This document shows, piece after piece, positions 1-7,315 of a stretch of DNA of 21,888 bases. The first letter of the stretch is position 1; the number at the start of each line of letters is the position of its first letter. Made by a program: the position numbers and the translations under genes. The notes below the pieces were generated by a model, which was given only the letters and a program-made list of their open reading frames with translations, made no database searches and was not told where the DNA came from. The stretch comes from Chthoniobacteraceae bacterium (GTDB lineage: Bacteria; Verrucomicrobiota; Verrucomicrobiia; Chthoniobacterales; Chthoniobacteraceae): assembly GCA_037190965.1 (NCBI GenBank), contig JBBCKI010000052.1, positions 1 to 21,888 on the forward strand. Reading direction: 5' to 3'.

Positions 1-66
1 CGCCGCGCTTACGGCTTCAAAAATTTCGAAAATTACCGCCTCAGAGTCATTGCTCAATGCGGTTGA
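1..66 (+). CDS. C-terminus of an ISL3-family transposase (partial, enters from the left edge)
   Basis: Frame 1 translated by hand reads RRAYGFKNFENYRLRVIAQCG*. This matches the typical ISL3 C-terminal motif (R.AYGFRNF.NYRLR). It is not in the ORF track. Confidence 0.85.
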   Translation, partial: RRAYGFKNFENYRLRVIAQCG

Positions 67-141
67 AATTCAAAACGGACTCAACCAACTCAAAATCAAC
101 CACTTAATCCCGCTTCAGTCCCCAAACTTTGGTGTAGACCC
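1..141 (+). mobile_element. Right end of an ISL3-family insertion sequence
   Basis: The transposase tail is followed by ...CCCCAAACTTTGGTGTAGACCC ending at ~141. Its reverse complement begins GGGTCT, like ISL3 terminal inverted repeats. The left end is outside the window; the boundary is uncertain by 1 bp. Confidence 0.75.
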
Positions 142-267
142 CTCTCTGGCTCATCTGGGCGAGCCTTCCGTTTCGCGCGCCGTCGGAGCCGATCACGTAG
201 ATCGTGGGGTGCGGGGAGCTCATGGATCTCGCAGCCTGGGGTCTGGGCAAATGGGGGGACCGGAAAA

Positions 268-341
268 TGCGCCCGGCGGGGGTCGAACCCACAACCTTCG
301 GCTTCGGAGACCGACGCTCTATCCAATTGAGCTACGAGCGC
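268..341 (-). tRNA. tRNA-Arg(CCG), CCA not encoded
   Basis: Reverse complement folds as a cloverleaf: acceptor GCGCTCG/CGGGCGC, D-arm GCTC/GAGC, anticodon arm TCGGT-CTCCGAA-GCCGA, T-loop TTCGACC. The discriminator A is followed by TTTT, not CCA. Confidence 0.96.
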
Positions 342-377
342 GCAAATTCCGGCACTGTCGCGAACGATGAGCCTTCA

Positions 378-405
378 AGACTAGCAGGAATGCCTTGATT
401 CGCAA
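378..405 (-). promoter_or_regulatory. Putative sigma70-type promoter for tRNA-Arg
   Basis: Minus strand reads TTGCGA-16 bp-TAGTCT with a TG extended -10, ~36 nt upstream of the tRNA. Confidence 0.4.
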
Positions 406-479
406 CGGTGGAGTTGGGTTTTAGGGGGTCGCGGACACATTGGCAAGCGGAAGCTCGTGTTTCTTTTCCTCGCTCCATT

Positions 480-650
480 TATAGCATCTCTCAAAAGTCC
501 TTTCCGAATCCGCTGGGCGGCGCGGCCCGTGGATGCGGCGTCGCGGCGCTCGGGCAGTGGCGCTGCGGCCACAGCCGCTTTGCTTGCTCTTGCCCCACAG
601 GCCACGGCGCTCCCATCGGCTTTCGGAAATTTCTTTTGAGAAATGCTCTA
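480..650. mobile_element. MITE-like palindromic element with ~50 bp imperfect terminal inverted repeats and TA at both ends
   Basis: Left end TATAGCATCTCTCAAAAGTCCTTTCCGAATCCGCTGGG aligns with the reverse complement of the right end, TAGAGCATTTCTCAAAAGAAATTTCCGAAAGCCGATGGG. No credible ORF inside. Confidence 0.7.
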
Positions 651-757
651 ATCAGCGATTCCCAAAGGGCCTTTCCCGCATCGGCGGTTCCCTGAAATGC
701 GACTTCTTTCGCATTAAAATTTTGACCGCCTCGGGAGGCATCTTCCACACTTGGGGT

Positions 758-1789
758 ATGCGTTCCAAACTTCATATCGGGATTGTCGGCGCAGGCTCCA
801 TCGTTTTGCAGAGGCATCTTCCCGCTCTGCTGGCCATGCCAGACGTGGAAATCGTCGCCGTCTCCAATTCCACCTACGCAAGCTCCGAACGCTTTTGCAA
901 GGAGCACCTGCCGCACGCCACCCCCCTCAAAAACTGGGCGGAACTCGTTGCGTTGCCCGATCTCGACATCGTCTGGATCGGCACGCCGCCTTCCATGCAC
1001 GCCCCCATCTCCGTCTCCGCGCTGGAGGCCGGGCGGCATGTCTTCTGCCAGGCGCGCATGGCGATGAACCTCGCGGAAGCCTGCGAGATGCTGGCGGCGG
1101 CGCAGAAACGCCCCCATCTCGTCACGATGCTTTGCCCTCCTCCTTATGGATTGCGGGGCGATCGTCTGATGCTGCGCCTCCTGAGGGAGGAGTGGATCGG
1201 CACGCCGTCCCGGGTGCGATTGCGGAGTCTCTCCTCGGCTTTTCTGGACCCCTCCGCGCCGGCCCACTGGCGGCAACGCGCCGAGTTGAGCGGGTTGAAC
1301 GTTCTCACGCTCGGGATTTACGTCGAGGTGCTGCAACGCTGGCTCGGGCCAATCCGAGCCGTTACGGCGCGGTCGAAAATCGTGAATCGCTTTCGCGGGC
1401 ATTATGAAGTTCGCATTCCGGATATGGTTCACGTTCTCGCCGAGTTCGAAAACGGGGCGGAAGCCGTCCTCGAATTCAGCGGCGTTGATCCTTTTGCCCC
1501 CGCCGACCAGCTTGAGATCTACGGCGACCGCGGAGCCATTCGTTACGAGTTCGGAGCGGAAAAGATCATGGCGGGCCGCCTGGGCGATGCCTCGCTGGAG
1601 CCGGTCGAAATCCCGCCCGACCTCGTGCGCGAATGGACGGTCGAGCGCGACTTCATCAGCGCCGTCAAAAACCTCTCCCAACCCCGGCCCCGGCCTACGT
1701 TCGAGGACGGGGTGGCCTACATGCGGGTGGTGCAGGCCGTTGCCGACTCGGCGGCCTCCCAAAAGAGGGTGGAGATCGCCCTCGACTGA
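758..1789 (+). CDS. Gfo/Idh/MocA family NAD(P)-dependent oxidoreductase
   Basis: N-terminal Rossmann motif IGIVGAGSI, plus DIVWIGTPP..H and ALEAGRHVFCQARMA (variant of the family CEKP motif). Start reassigned to ATG 758 (MRSKLHIG), 343 aa. Confidence 0.92.
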   Translation: MRSKLHIGIVGAGSIVLQRHLPALLAMPDVEIVAVSNSTYASSERFCKEHLPHATPLKNWAELVALPDLDIVWIGTPPSMHAPISVSALEAGRHVFCQARMAMNLAEACEMLAAAQKRPHLVTMLCPPPYGLRGDRLMLRLLREEWIGTPSRVRLRSLSSAFLDPSAPAHWRQRAELSGLNVLTLGIYVEVLQRWLGPIRAVTARSKIVNRFRGHYEVRIPDMVHVLAEFENGAEAVLEFSGVDPFAPADQLEIYGDRGAIRYEFGAEKIMAGRLGDASLEPVEIPPDLVREWTVERDFISAVKNLSQPRPRPTFEDGVAYMRVVQAVADSAASQKRVEIALD

Positions 1790-1820
1790 CCGGAAGCGAC
1801 TGACCGCCCGTGGGCATGAC

Positions 1821-1968
1821 GGTAGTCCGCTCTCGCCGAGAGCGCGGGATGGGTTTCCAAGTCGCGTTGGGCATCCATCCCCGCCGAACGGGCTGCTGAC
1901 TGTTGGGATGCGGCATTCATGAAGCTACGGGAGCCGATACCCGCGCTCGACGGCGCGAGCGTGCTACC
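1821..1968 (+). repeat. GTAG-type REP doublet (REPIN-like), copy 1
   Basis: Inverted termini GGTAGTCCGCTCTCGCCGAGAGCGCGGG ... CCCGCGCTCGACGGCGCGAGCGTGCTACC. A similar copy lies at 12716-12861. Confidence 0.85.
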
Positions 1969-1985
1969 CGGTACTGCCGCACCAT

Positions 1986-3575
1986 TCATGTTTTTACCAC
2001 TTCCTGTTCATGCACCTCGGTCACTTCCTGCCGGGCCTCGCTTTTTTCTTCGCTCGCTGTAGCGATCTCTTCGGCTTCCTCCGGTTCCGGAAGCCCAAGA
2101 GCCCGAAGTTCTGCCATTAACCAGCGGGCGATGCCTTTCAGAAATAATACCCCGGAAGTTTGATCCGGCAGAAACCCGCCGATCAAAAGCCTCCGGTCGG
2201 CGTTCCTATCGCCGAAAGTTCCGGCGTGTATTTTCTTCTGCGCTATCGCGACAAGCCGGCGGTTTAAAAAGGAGAGTCCCGCCGCCGCGACTTTGCCCCA
2301 TCTGCCCCAGAAGGGGAAAAGCGAATAATGGCTGGAGCACGCGAAGACCTCCCGGACCGGCCCAAGATGGTAGCTGCCGATATCCGTGAGGAACGCCGCG
2401 CTCATCAATTCCGCATCGCCGAGATAATAGTATTTGTTTTTGTAGATCGACTCGAACCAGGCGCGGAAACAAATTCTGAATCGGTCGTTGCATCCCTCCA
2501 GATCGATCTTCTTTCCCTCCAGCGCATCTCCGATCAACGTGTGGGCGTGGTGTGCGGTGTAGGAACAGAAGTCGAGGCCCGGTGAATAGAACGGGTCGAG
2601 AAATCCGGCGGCGTCCCCTGCCAGGACCCACCCGTCGCCAGCCAGTTGGGAGACAGAGTAGGGGAGCTGAGAATAGGTGCGCACGTCTCCCGCGATCGGC
2701 TCCGCATCGGCGAGTAACTCGCGTCCTACGGGGTCTTGCATCCAGTGAGCCTTCAGCCGTTCCGCCAGCGTTGCGCCTTCCCGTGGCATCGGCGGGGTAT
2801 AAAGCCGCCGGTCGTATACCAGGCCGATGGAGGTGTCGCCGCCCTTGAGCGGAATGATCCAGCACCACCAACCGTAGCCGGTAAGGTGGTTGGTGGCCCA
2901 TTGTCGCCCGGTGTTGACCGCCTTCGCATAAGCCGGGAAGCGTCTCCGCATTTCGGGGCCGTCCCAGTCGCGCACTCCCTTGAAGCGAGCCCAGATGGAA
3001 TTGATGGGATGCTCCGTCAGCGGCGTCAACAGTTGCCGCTTGCGCGCGATCAAAGCGGCCCGACCCGTGGCGTCGACCACCCAGCGAGCCTGAAGCGTTT
3101 CGCGGCCTGTCCCGGTGTTAAATTCGATCCGGTTCTTTCCTTCGCCCCCAAGTTCGAGATCGATCACTTTGGCGGGTCGCCGCAGTTCGCAGCCTTCTTT
3201 CACAGCCAGCGCCAGCAGATGCTCGTCGAGCACCGAACGATCCACCTGAAAACCGCTCAACCGGGAGTTGTTGCGCGAGCCGATTTCGGCGCACCGTTCG
3301 AACTCCAGCGAAGAGTCGGTCTTAAACCACATTCTCAGCCCCTGCTTGTTGAGCTGTTCGTGCCCCAGGTGTCGCGCGATCCCGAGCACCGTCGTCATGA
3401 AACGGGAGGAGACCTCCGTCGTGCTTTCGCCTACTTTCCGGTCGAAGTGTTCAGCCTTTTCGATGATCACCACCCGCCATGCCGGATTGCGCCGTTTAAG
3501 AAGGATTGCTGCTGCCGCACCGGCGAAAGCTCCGCCGATAATCGCAACGTCCGCCTTCGCGTCTTCTGTGTGCAT
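1986..3575 (-). CDS. Flavin-dependent halogenase-like FAD/NAD(P)-dependent oxidoreductase (tryptophan halogenase superfamily)
   Basis: DVAIIGGAFAG FAD-binding start, KVGEST, a Lys in LNKQGLRMWF, VDATGR, WxWxIP motif (GWWCWIIPL) and GDAAGFLDPFYSPG. Start set at ATG 3575 (MHTEDAK), 529 aa. Confidence 0.85.
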   Translation of the reverse strand: MHTEDAKADVAIIGGAFAGAAAAILLKRRNPAWRVVIIEKAEHFDRKVGESTTEVSSRFMTTVLGIARHLGHEQLNKQGLRMWFKTDSSLEFERCAEIGSRNNSRLSGFQVDRSVLDEHLLALAVKEGCELRRPAKVIDLELGGEGKNRIEFNTGTGRETLQARWVVDATGRAALIARKRQLLTPLTEHPINSIWARFKGVRDWDGPEMRRRFPAYAKAVNTGRQWATNHLTGYGWWCWIIPLKGGDTSIGLVYDRRLYTPPMPREGATLAERLKAHWMQDPVGRELLADAEPIAGDVRTYSQLPYSVSQLAGDGWVLAGDAAGFLDPFYSPGLDFCSYTAHHAHTLIGDALEGKKIDLEGCNDRFRICFRAWFESIYKNKYYYLGDAELMSAAFLTDIGSYHLGPVREVFACSSHYSLFPFWGRWGKVAAAGLSFLNRRLVAIAQKKIHAGTFGDRNADRRLLIGGFLPDQTSGVLFLKGIARWLMAELRALGLPEPEEAEEIATASEEKSEARQEVTEVHEQEVVKT

Positions 3576-3674
3576 TTGTGGGGGAATTGTGGAGATTCCC
3601 GGCCGGTTGACAACCGGCAAAATCGGGGATTTGCACCCTCCAAAAAAAGATCTGCAAATTTTTCAAAAAACTTA

Positions 3675-3703
3675 TTGCTCCTTGGGAGCCTCCCCGCTAG
3701 CTT
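3675..3703 (+). promoter_or_regulatory. Putative promoter for tRNA-Asp
   Basis: TTGCTC-17 bp-TAGCTT, preceded by an AT-rich tract (UP-element-like), 30 nt before the tRNA. Confidence 0.5.
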
Positions 3704-3732
3704 TTGCGGCTCTTCCCCAACGAGGGGAGAAA

Positions 3733-3809
3733 GGAGCCTTAGCTCAATCGGTTAGAGCGCTGCCCTGTCACGGCAGAGGTTGCGGGTTCGAGCCCCGTAG
3801 GCTCCGCCA
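3733..3809 (+). tRNA. tRNA-Asp(GTC), CCA encoded
   Basis: Acceptor GGAGCCT/AGGCTCC, anticodon arm CTGCC-CTGTCAC-GGCAG, T-loop TTCGAGC, ends G-CCA. Confidence 0.97.
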
Positions 3810-3873
3810 CTCACTCGAGTGGCGGAGATGAGATCAGGTCGCAGTTCAACGCGACGAATCATCACAACAACAA

Positions 3874-3975
3874 GGCCGCCCGCTCGCGTCATCGAGCGCG
3901 GGTATCGGCTTCCGTGACTGCGTCAGACCGCATCCCAACAGTTGGCAATCGCCGCTGCCGGGGAGCACTCCCAAT
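3874..3975 (-). repeat. Degenerate, truncated inverted copy of the GTAG-type REPIN-like element
   Basis: CGCTCGCGTCATCGAGCGCGGGTATCGGCTTCCGT...CCGCATCCCAACAGT matches the reverse complement of the right two-thirds of 1821-1968. Confidence 0.75.
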
Positions 3976-3976
3976 G

Positions 3977-4004
3977 AAAAAGGGGGCGCAGTGCGCCCCC
4001 TTTT
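3977..4004. terminator. Bidirectional intrinsic terminator between tRNA-Asp and the protease gene
   Basis: AAAAA-GGGGGCGC-AGT-GCGCCCCC-TTTT: a GC stem with A and T tracts on either side, between convergent genes. Confidence 0.85.
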
Positions 4005-4025
4005 ATCGCAATCCGGCAATCTCGC

Positions 4026-6200
4026 TCAGGGCGTGACGGCTGCGGTTTTTTGCGTGTGAACGAGACCGATCAGGTCGCCCAGAATATTGAGCGTTTCAAT
4101 GCGCACCGGGTCGACTTTCGGTTCTTTATCGTCGTCCGCGTCTTCCGGGTCGTCGATGTCGACTGATTTGCCTTTCTTGGCGGAGGCCTTGCCAGGCGCG
4201 TCGTTTTTGACCAGCTCCAACTCGGGCTTGTTCACGTTATCAAGCGTAATGAGGTAGTCCTTCTCCTCCGGCAGCTTTCGTTTGGCGCGCTCGGCGAGGC
4301 GGCGTTCCTTGCGGGCCTTGTCTTTGGCGATTTCGTCGCGCCGGGCCTTTTCATTGAGAGAGAGCTGGTTTTCGCTGATCTTCTTTTGGATCAACGCCAG
4401 ATTTTCCTTCACGTACTTGAACTCGGGCTCGGTCGCGATCCGGGCGGTGGAGCGCTCACGGAGCTCGTTGAGGAACAGCCGATCCGTGACTTTTTCGTAA
4501 TCCGCCGGAGCGACCTCGTCGTAAGGGAGCGGTACTTTAAGCGCTTTTTCGCCGATGTCGTCCTGGTCGTAGACGGACGGGAGAACGATATCCGAAGAGA
4601 CGCCATTTAGCTGGGTGGAGCCCCCGGCAACGCGATAAAACTTCTGGATGGTCAGTTTGAGCGTGCCTGCTTCGCTTTCGCTGCGGCCAAGGAACGGGAT
4701 GTATTTGCCGATGGGGAGCGGCGTCTGCACGGTGCCCTTGCCGAAGGTGTGGCGGTCGCCCACGATGACGGCGCGTCCGTAATCCTGCAACGCGGCGGCG
4801 AAAATCTCGCTCGCCGAGGCGCTCAGGGTGTTGGTCAGGACGATGAGCGGTCCGTCGTAGGCGATGGCGGGATCCTTGTCGCGATAGACCCGGGTGGTTC
4901 CGTTGGCGTTCTTGACCTGGACGACCGGGCCTTTCTTGATGAAGAGACCGGTGAGGTTGATCGCCTCATCCAGCGAGCCGCCGCCATTGCGTCGCAGGTC
5001 GATGACGAGCCCGGCGATGTTCTCCTTCTTCAGGCGTTCCAGCAGGTTGAGCACGTCGCGCGTGGTGCTGGTGGCTCCAGTCGCCTCGGGGTTTTCCATG
5101 TCGGCGTAGAAGGAGGGAAGGGTAATCCAGCCCAGCCGCCTCACCGTGCCGCTGGCGTCGGCCCGTTCGATCACTTCGGCTTTGGCTTCCTGATCTTTGA
5201 GCTTCACCTCGTCACGCACGATTTCGATGATCTTCCGGGCGCTCGGGTCGGTCGCCTCGTTGGGGATGACCTGGAGGCGGACGGTGGTGCCCTTTTTGCC
5301 GCGAATCTGGGCGACCACCTTGTCGAGTTTCATGTCGATGACATCGACAAAGTCGGCATCACCCTGGGCCACGCCGCAGATGCGGTCGCCCTCTTTCAGG
5401 CGGCCATCCTTCTCGGCGGGGCTGCCGGTGACGACTTTCATGATCTTGGCGTACCCATCGTCGGTCTGGAGCACCGCGCCGATGCCGATCAGGGAGAGCT
5501 TCATGGCGATGGCGAAGTTCTCGGTCTCGCTCTTGCTCATGTACTCCGAGTGCGGGTCGTACGTCTGGGCGAGGCAGGAGAGGAAAATGTCCACGGCGTC
5601 CTGCGAAGTCTGCTCTCCAAGCAGCTTGAGCACCTGGTTGTAACGGCGCGTGAGGGTCTTGACGGGGGGCTCGACGGCATGCTCGTCGAGTTTCTTTGCC
5701 AGCAACTCGCCTTCGATCCAGTCATGCCAGATCCGGTCGGCGTCTGCGGCATCCTTGGGCCACGGGGCCTTTTGCCGATTGAAGGCGACGGTGCGGTTGC
5801 TCTTGAAGTCGAACTTCTCTTTTTCAAGCCACTCCTTCACCTTGGCCACGCGATCTTCCACGCGCTTCTTGTAGAGGTTGAAAATCTCGATGGCGGGGTT
5901 CGGATTGCCCAGCAGGATGTCATCATCCAGCGAGGTGGCGTATTTGGCCGTCAGGGCGTCCACATCCTCCTGGGTAAAATAGAGCCGCCGATAATCGAGG
6001 GTCTCCATGTAGTGCTGGAGCAACTGGCGCGAAACGTCGTCGTCAAGCTTGCGGCGGCTGTAATGCCCCTGCTCAAGGAGTTTGCCCACGGAGATGGCCA
6101 CCTGGCCGGGGTCCGGCTCCGCAGCTACGGAAAAAGAGGCGATCGGGGTGAGCGACAGCAGCAGCCCGAGGCGAATGTAAAGGGAGCGGAATCGTTTCAT
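4026..6200 (-). CDS. prc: Carboxy-terminal processing (tail-specific) protease, S41 family
   Basis: Signal peptide, YDPHSEY, PDZ domain (GIGAVL...GSPAEK), DLRRNGGGSL, catalytic SASASE and GKGTVQ motifs; 724 aa. Confidence 0.95.
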   Translation of the reverse strand: MKRFRSLYIRLGLLLSLTPIASFSVAAEPDPGQVAISVGKLLEQGHYSRRKLDDDVSRQLLQHYMETLDYRRLYFTQEDVDALTAKYATSLDDDILLGNPNPAIEIFNLYKKRVEDRVAKVKEWLEKEKFDFKSNRTVAFNRQKAPWPKDAADADRIWHDWIEGELLAKKLDEHAVEPPVKTLTRRYNQVLKLLGEQTSQDAVDIFLSCLAQTYDPHSEYMSKSETENFAIAMKLSLIGIGAVLQTDDGYAKIMKVVTGSPAEKDGRLKEGDRICGVAQGDADFVDVIDMKLDKVVAQIRGKKGTTVRLQVIPNEATDPSARKIIEIVRDEVKLKDQEAKAEVIERADASGTVRRLGWITLPSFYADMENPEATGATSTTRDVLNLLERLKKENIAGLVIDLRRNGGGSLDEAINLTGLFIKKGPVVQVKNANGTTRVYRDKDPAIAYDGPLIVLTNTLSASASEIFAAALQDYGRAVIVGDRHTFGKGTVQTPLPIGKYIPFLGRSESEAGTLKLTIQKFYRVAGGSTQLNGVSSDIVLPSVYDQDDIGEKALKVPLPYDEVAPADYEKVTDRLFLNELRERSTARIATEPEFKYVKENLALIQKKISENQLSLNEKARRDEIAKDKARKERRLAERAKRKLPEEKDYLITLDNVNKPELELVKNDAPGKASAKKGKSVDIDDPEDADDDKEPKVDPVRIETLNILGDLIGLVHTQKTAAVTP

Positions 6201-6452
6201 GACAAGAAAAACTACGATGACAGGAAAGTTGCGGAAATCAAACGGAGAGGGGCGACTGGCCCAAATCGAAATCGAGCGAAAGATCGGAAAGAGCGTGGCG
6301 GACTTTGAAAATCCCGACCTTGGGTGAGCATTTGCTCACTTTTCATCCCGGAACTTGGTTTTTGGAAGCAAAAGTTGAAAAAAGGGTCGGTTGGAGTTGG
6401 AGTAGATCATGCTTGCGCGCGGTGGAAATTTACCGTCATTTCGAGCCACACA

Positions 6453-7064
6453 ATGCACATAGACACCTATACGGGCGGGTTGTTCGACACGAATTGCTTT
6501 TTGTTTGAGGGAGTTACGGGCGGGATTCTGATCGACGCTCCGCAGGGCTCGGCGGAATGGCTTGAGAAAAAAGGGGTAAAGCTGAGCCACCTTCTGATCA
6601 CCCACGGCCACATCGACCACGTGACCGACGCCGCCGCGATCAAGGCCCGGACCGGTTGCCGCGTGGGTTATCACAGCGATACCGTCCCGATGCTCACGGA
6701 TCGCGGGTTTTTCCGCCGCCTGGGGTTTGGATGGGAGATCGAACCGGTCGCGGCCGATTTTTTGACTGAGGAGACTCCTTCTCTGACGGTGGATGGGATT
6801 GAGTTTCAGGTACTTCTGGTGCCCGGGCATTGCCCCGGCTCTCTCTGCTTTTTGGCCAAGGAGGCGCGCATTCTCTTTGGCGGCGATGTTCTTTTCGCAG
6901 GAGGCGTGGGGCGGTGGGATCTCCCCGGCGGCGATCGGGACCTTCTCTTTAGCGGGATCAAAAACAAGATTTTCCCGCTGGGAGACGACGTCCGCGTCCT
7001 CCCAGGCCATGGCCCGGCCACGACGGTGGGCATCGAGCGGGTGGGGAATCCTTATTTGCAGTAA
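6453..7064 (+). CDS. MBL-fold metallo-hydrolase (glyoxalase II/YcbL-like)
   Basis: THGHIDH, PGHCPGS, GDVLF..GVGRWDLPGG and PGHGP.TT motifs. Start reassigned to ATG 6453, 203 aa. Confidence 0.93.
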   Translation: MHIDTYTGGLFDTNCFLFEGVTGGILIDAPQGSAEWLEKKGVKLSHLLITHGHIDHVTDAAAIKARTGCRVGYHSDTVPMLTDRGFFRRLGFGWEIEPVAADFLTEETPSLTVDGIEFQVLLVPGHCPGSLCFLAKEARILFGGDVLFAGGVGRWDLPGGDRDLLFSGIKNKIFPLGDDVRVLPGHGPATTVGIERVGNPYLQ

Positions 7065-7077
7065 GCGGGAAGCAAAT

Positions 7078-7177
7078 AAAGCTGCGGAAAACCACAGCAC
7101 TCCAAGACGCTTTCGCGACTGCATGGCACACGACGAAACGCGGCGGCGTCTTGGACTGTGGCGGTCTCCGCCGCTTT
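7078..7177. repeat. REP doublet of a second family (…GCACTCCAAGACGC / GCGTCTTGGACTGTG…)
   Basis: AAAGCTGCGGAAAACCACAGCACTCCAAGACGC (7078-7110) is an imperfect inverted repeat of GCGTCTTGGACTGTGGCGGTCTCCGCCGCTTT (7146-7177). Single copy in the window. Confidence 0.65.
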
Positions 7178-7315
7178 TGGCGCGCGGGGAGCGCCTTCCA
7201 ACCCCATTGAAAACTCCATCCGAATCTGGAAATCGGGGGGCGTTTTTCATGTCTTGTTCCGGCGGGCATCGGTTTGAGAAACGCTCCCGGGAGTTCGTTT
7301 ACGATTCCTTAGGCG

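Noticed and set aside
50..398. Short ORFs overlapping tRNA-Arg and the IS end (also 3268-3831 over tRNA-Asp)
   Set aside because: They overlap clear tRNA genes and are spurious.
533..757. N-terminal extension of the oxidoreductase ORF (also the ORF-track extensions at 3576-3620, 6324-6452, 12131-12190 and 17393-17527)
   Set aside because: They run through MITE, promoter or intergenic sequence. The family domain or signal peptide begins at the downstream ATG.
4749..6308. 519-aa ORF antisense to the protease, and similar long ORFs at 491-1762, 2736-3755, 6336-7250, 9777-11414, 13483-14754, 18065-19285 and 20269-21450
   Set aside because: These are shadow frames opposite well-supported genes, expected with high-GC codon usage, and show no recognisable motifs.
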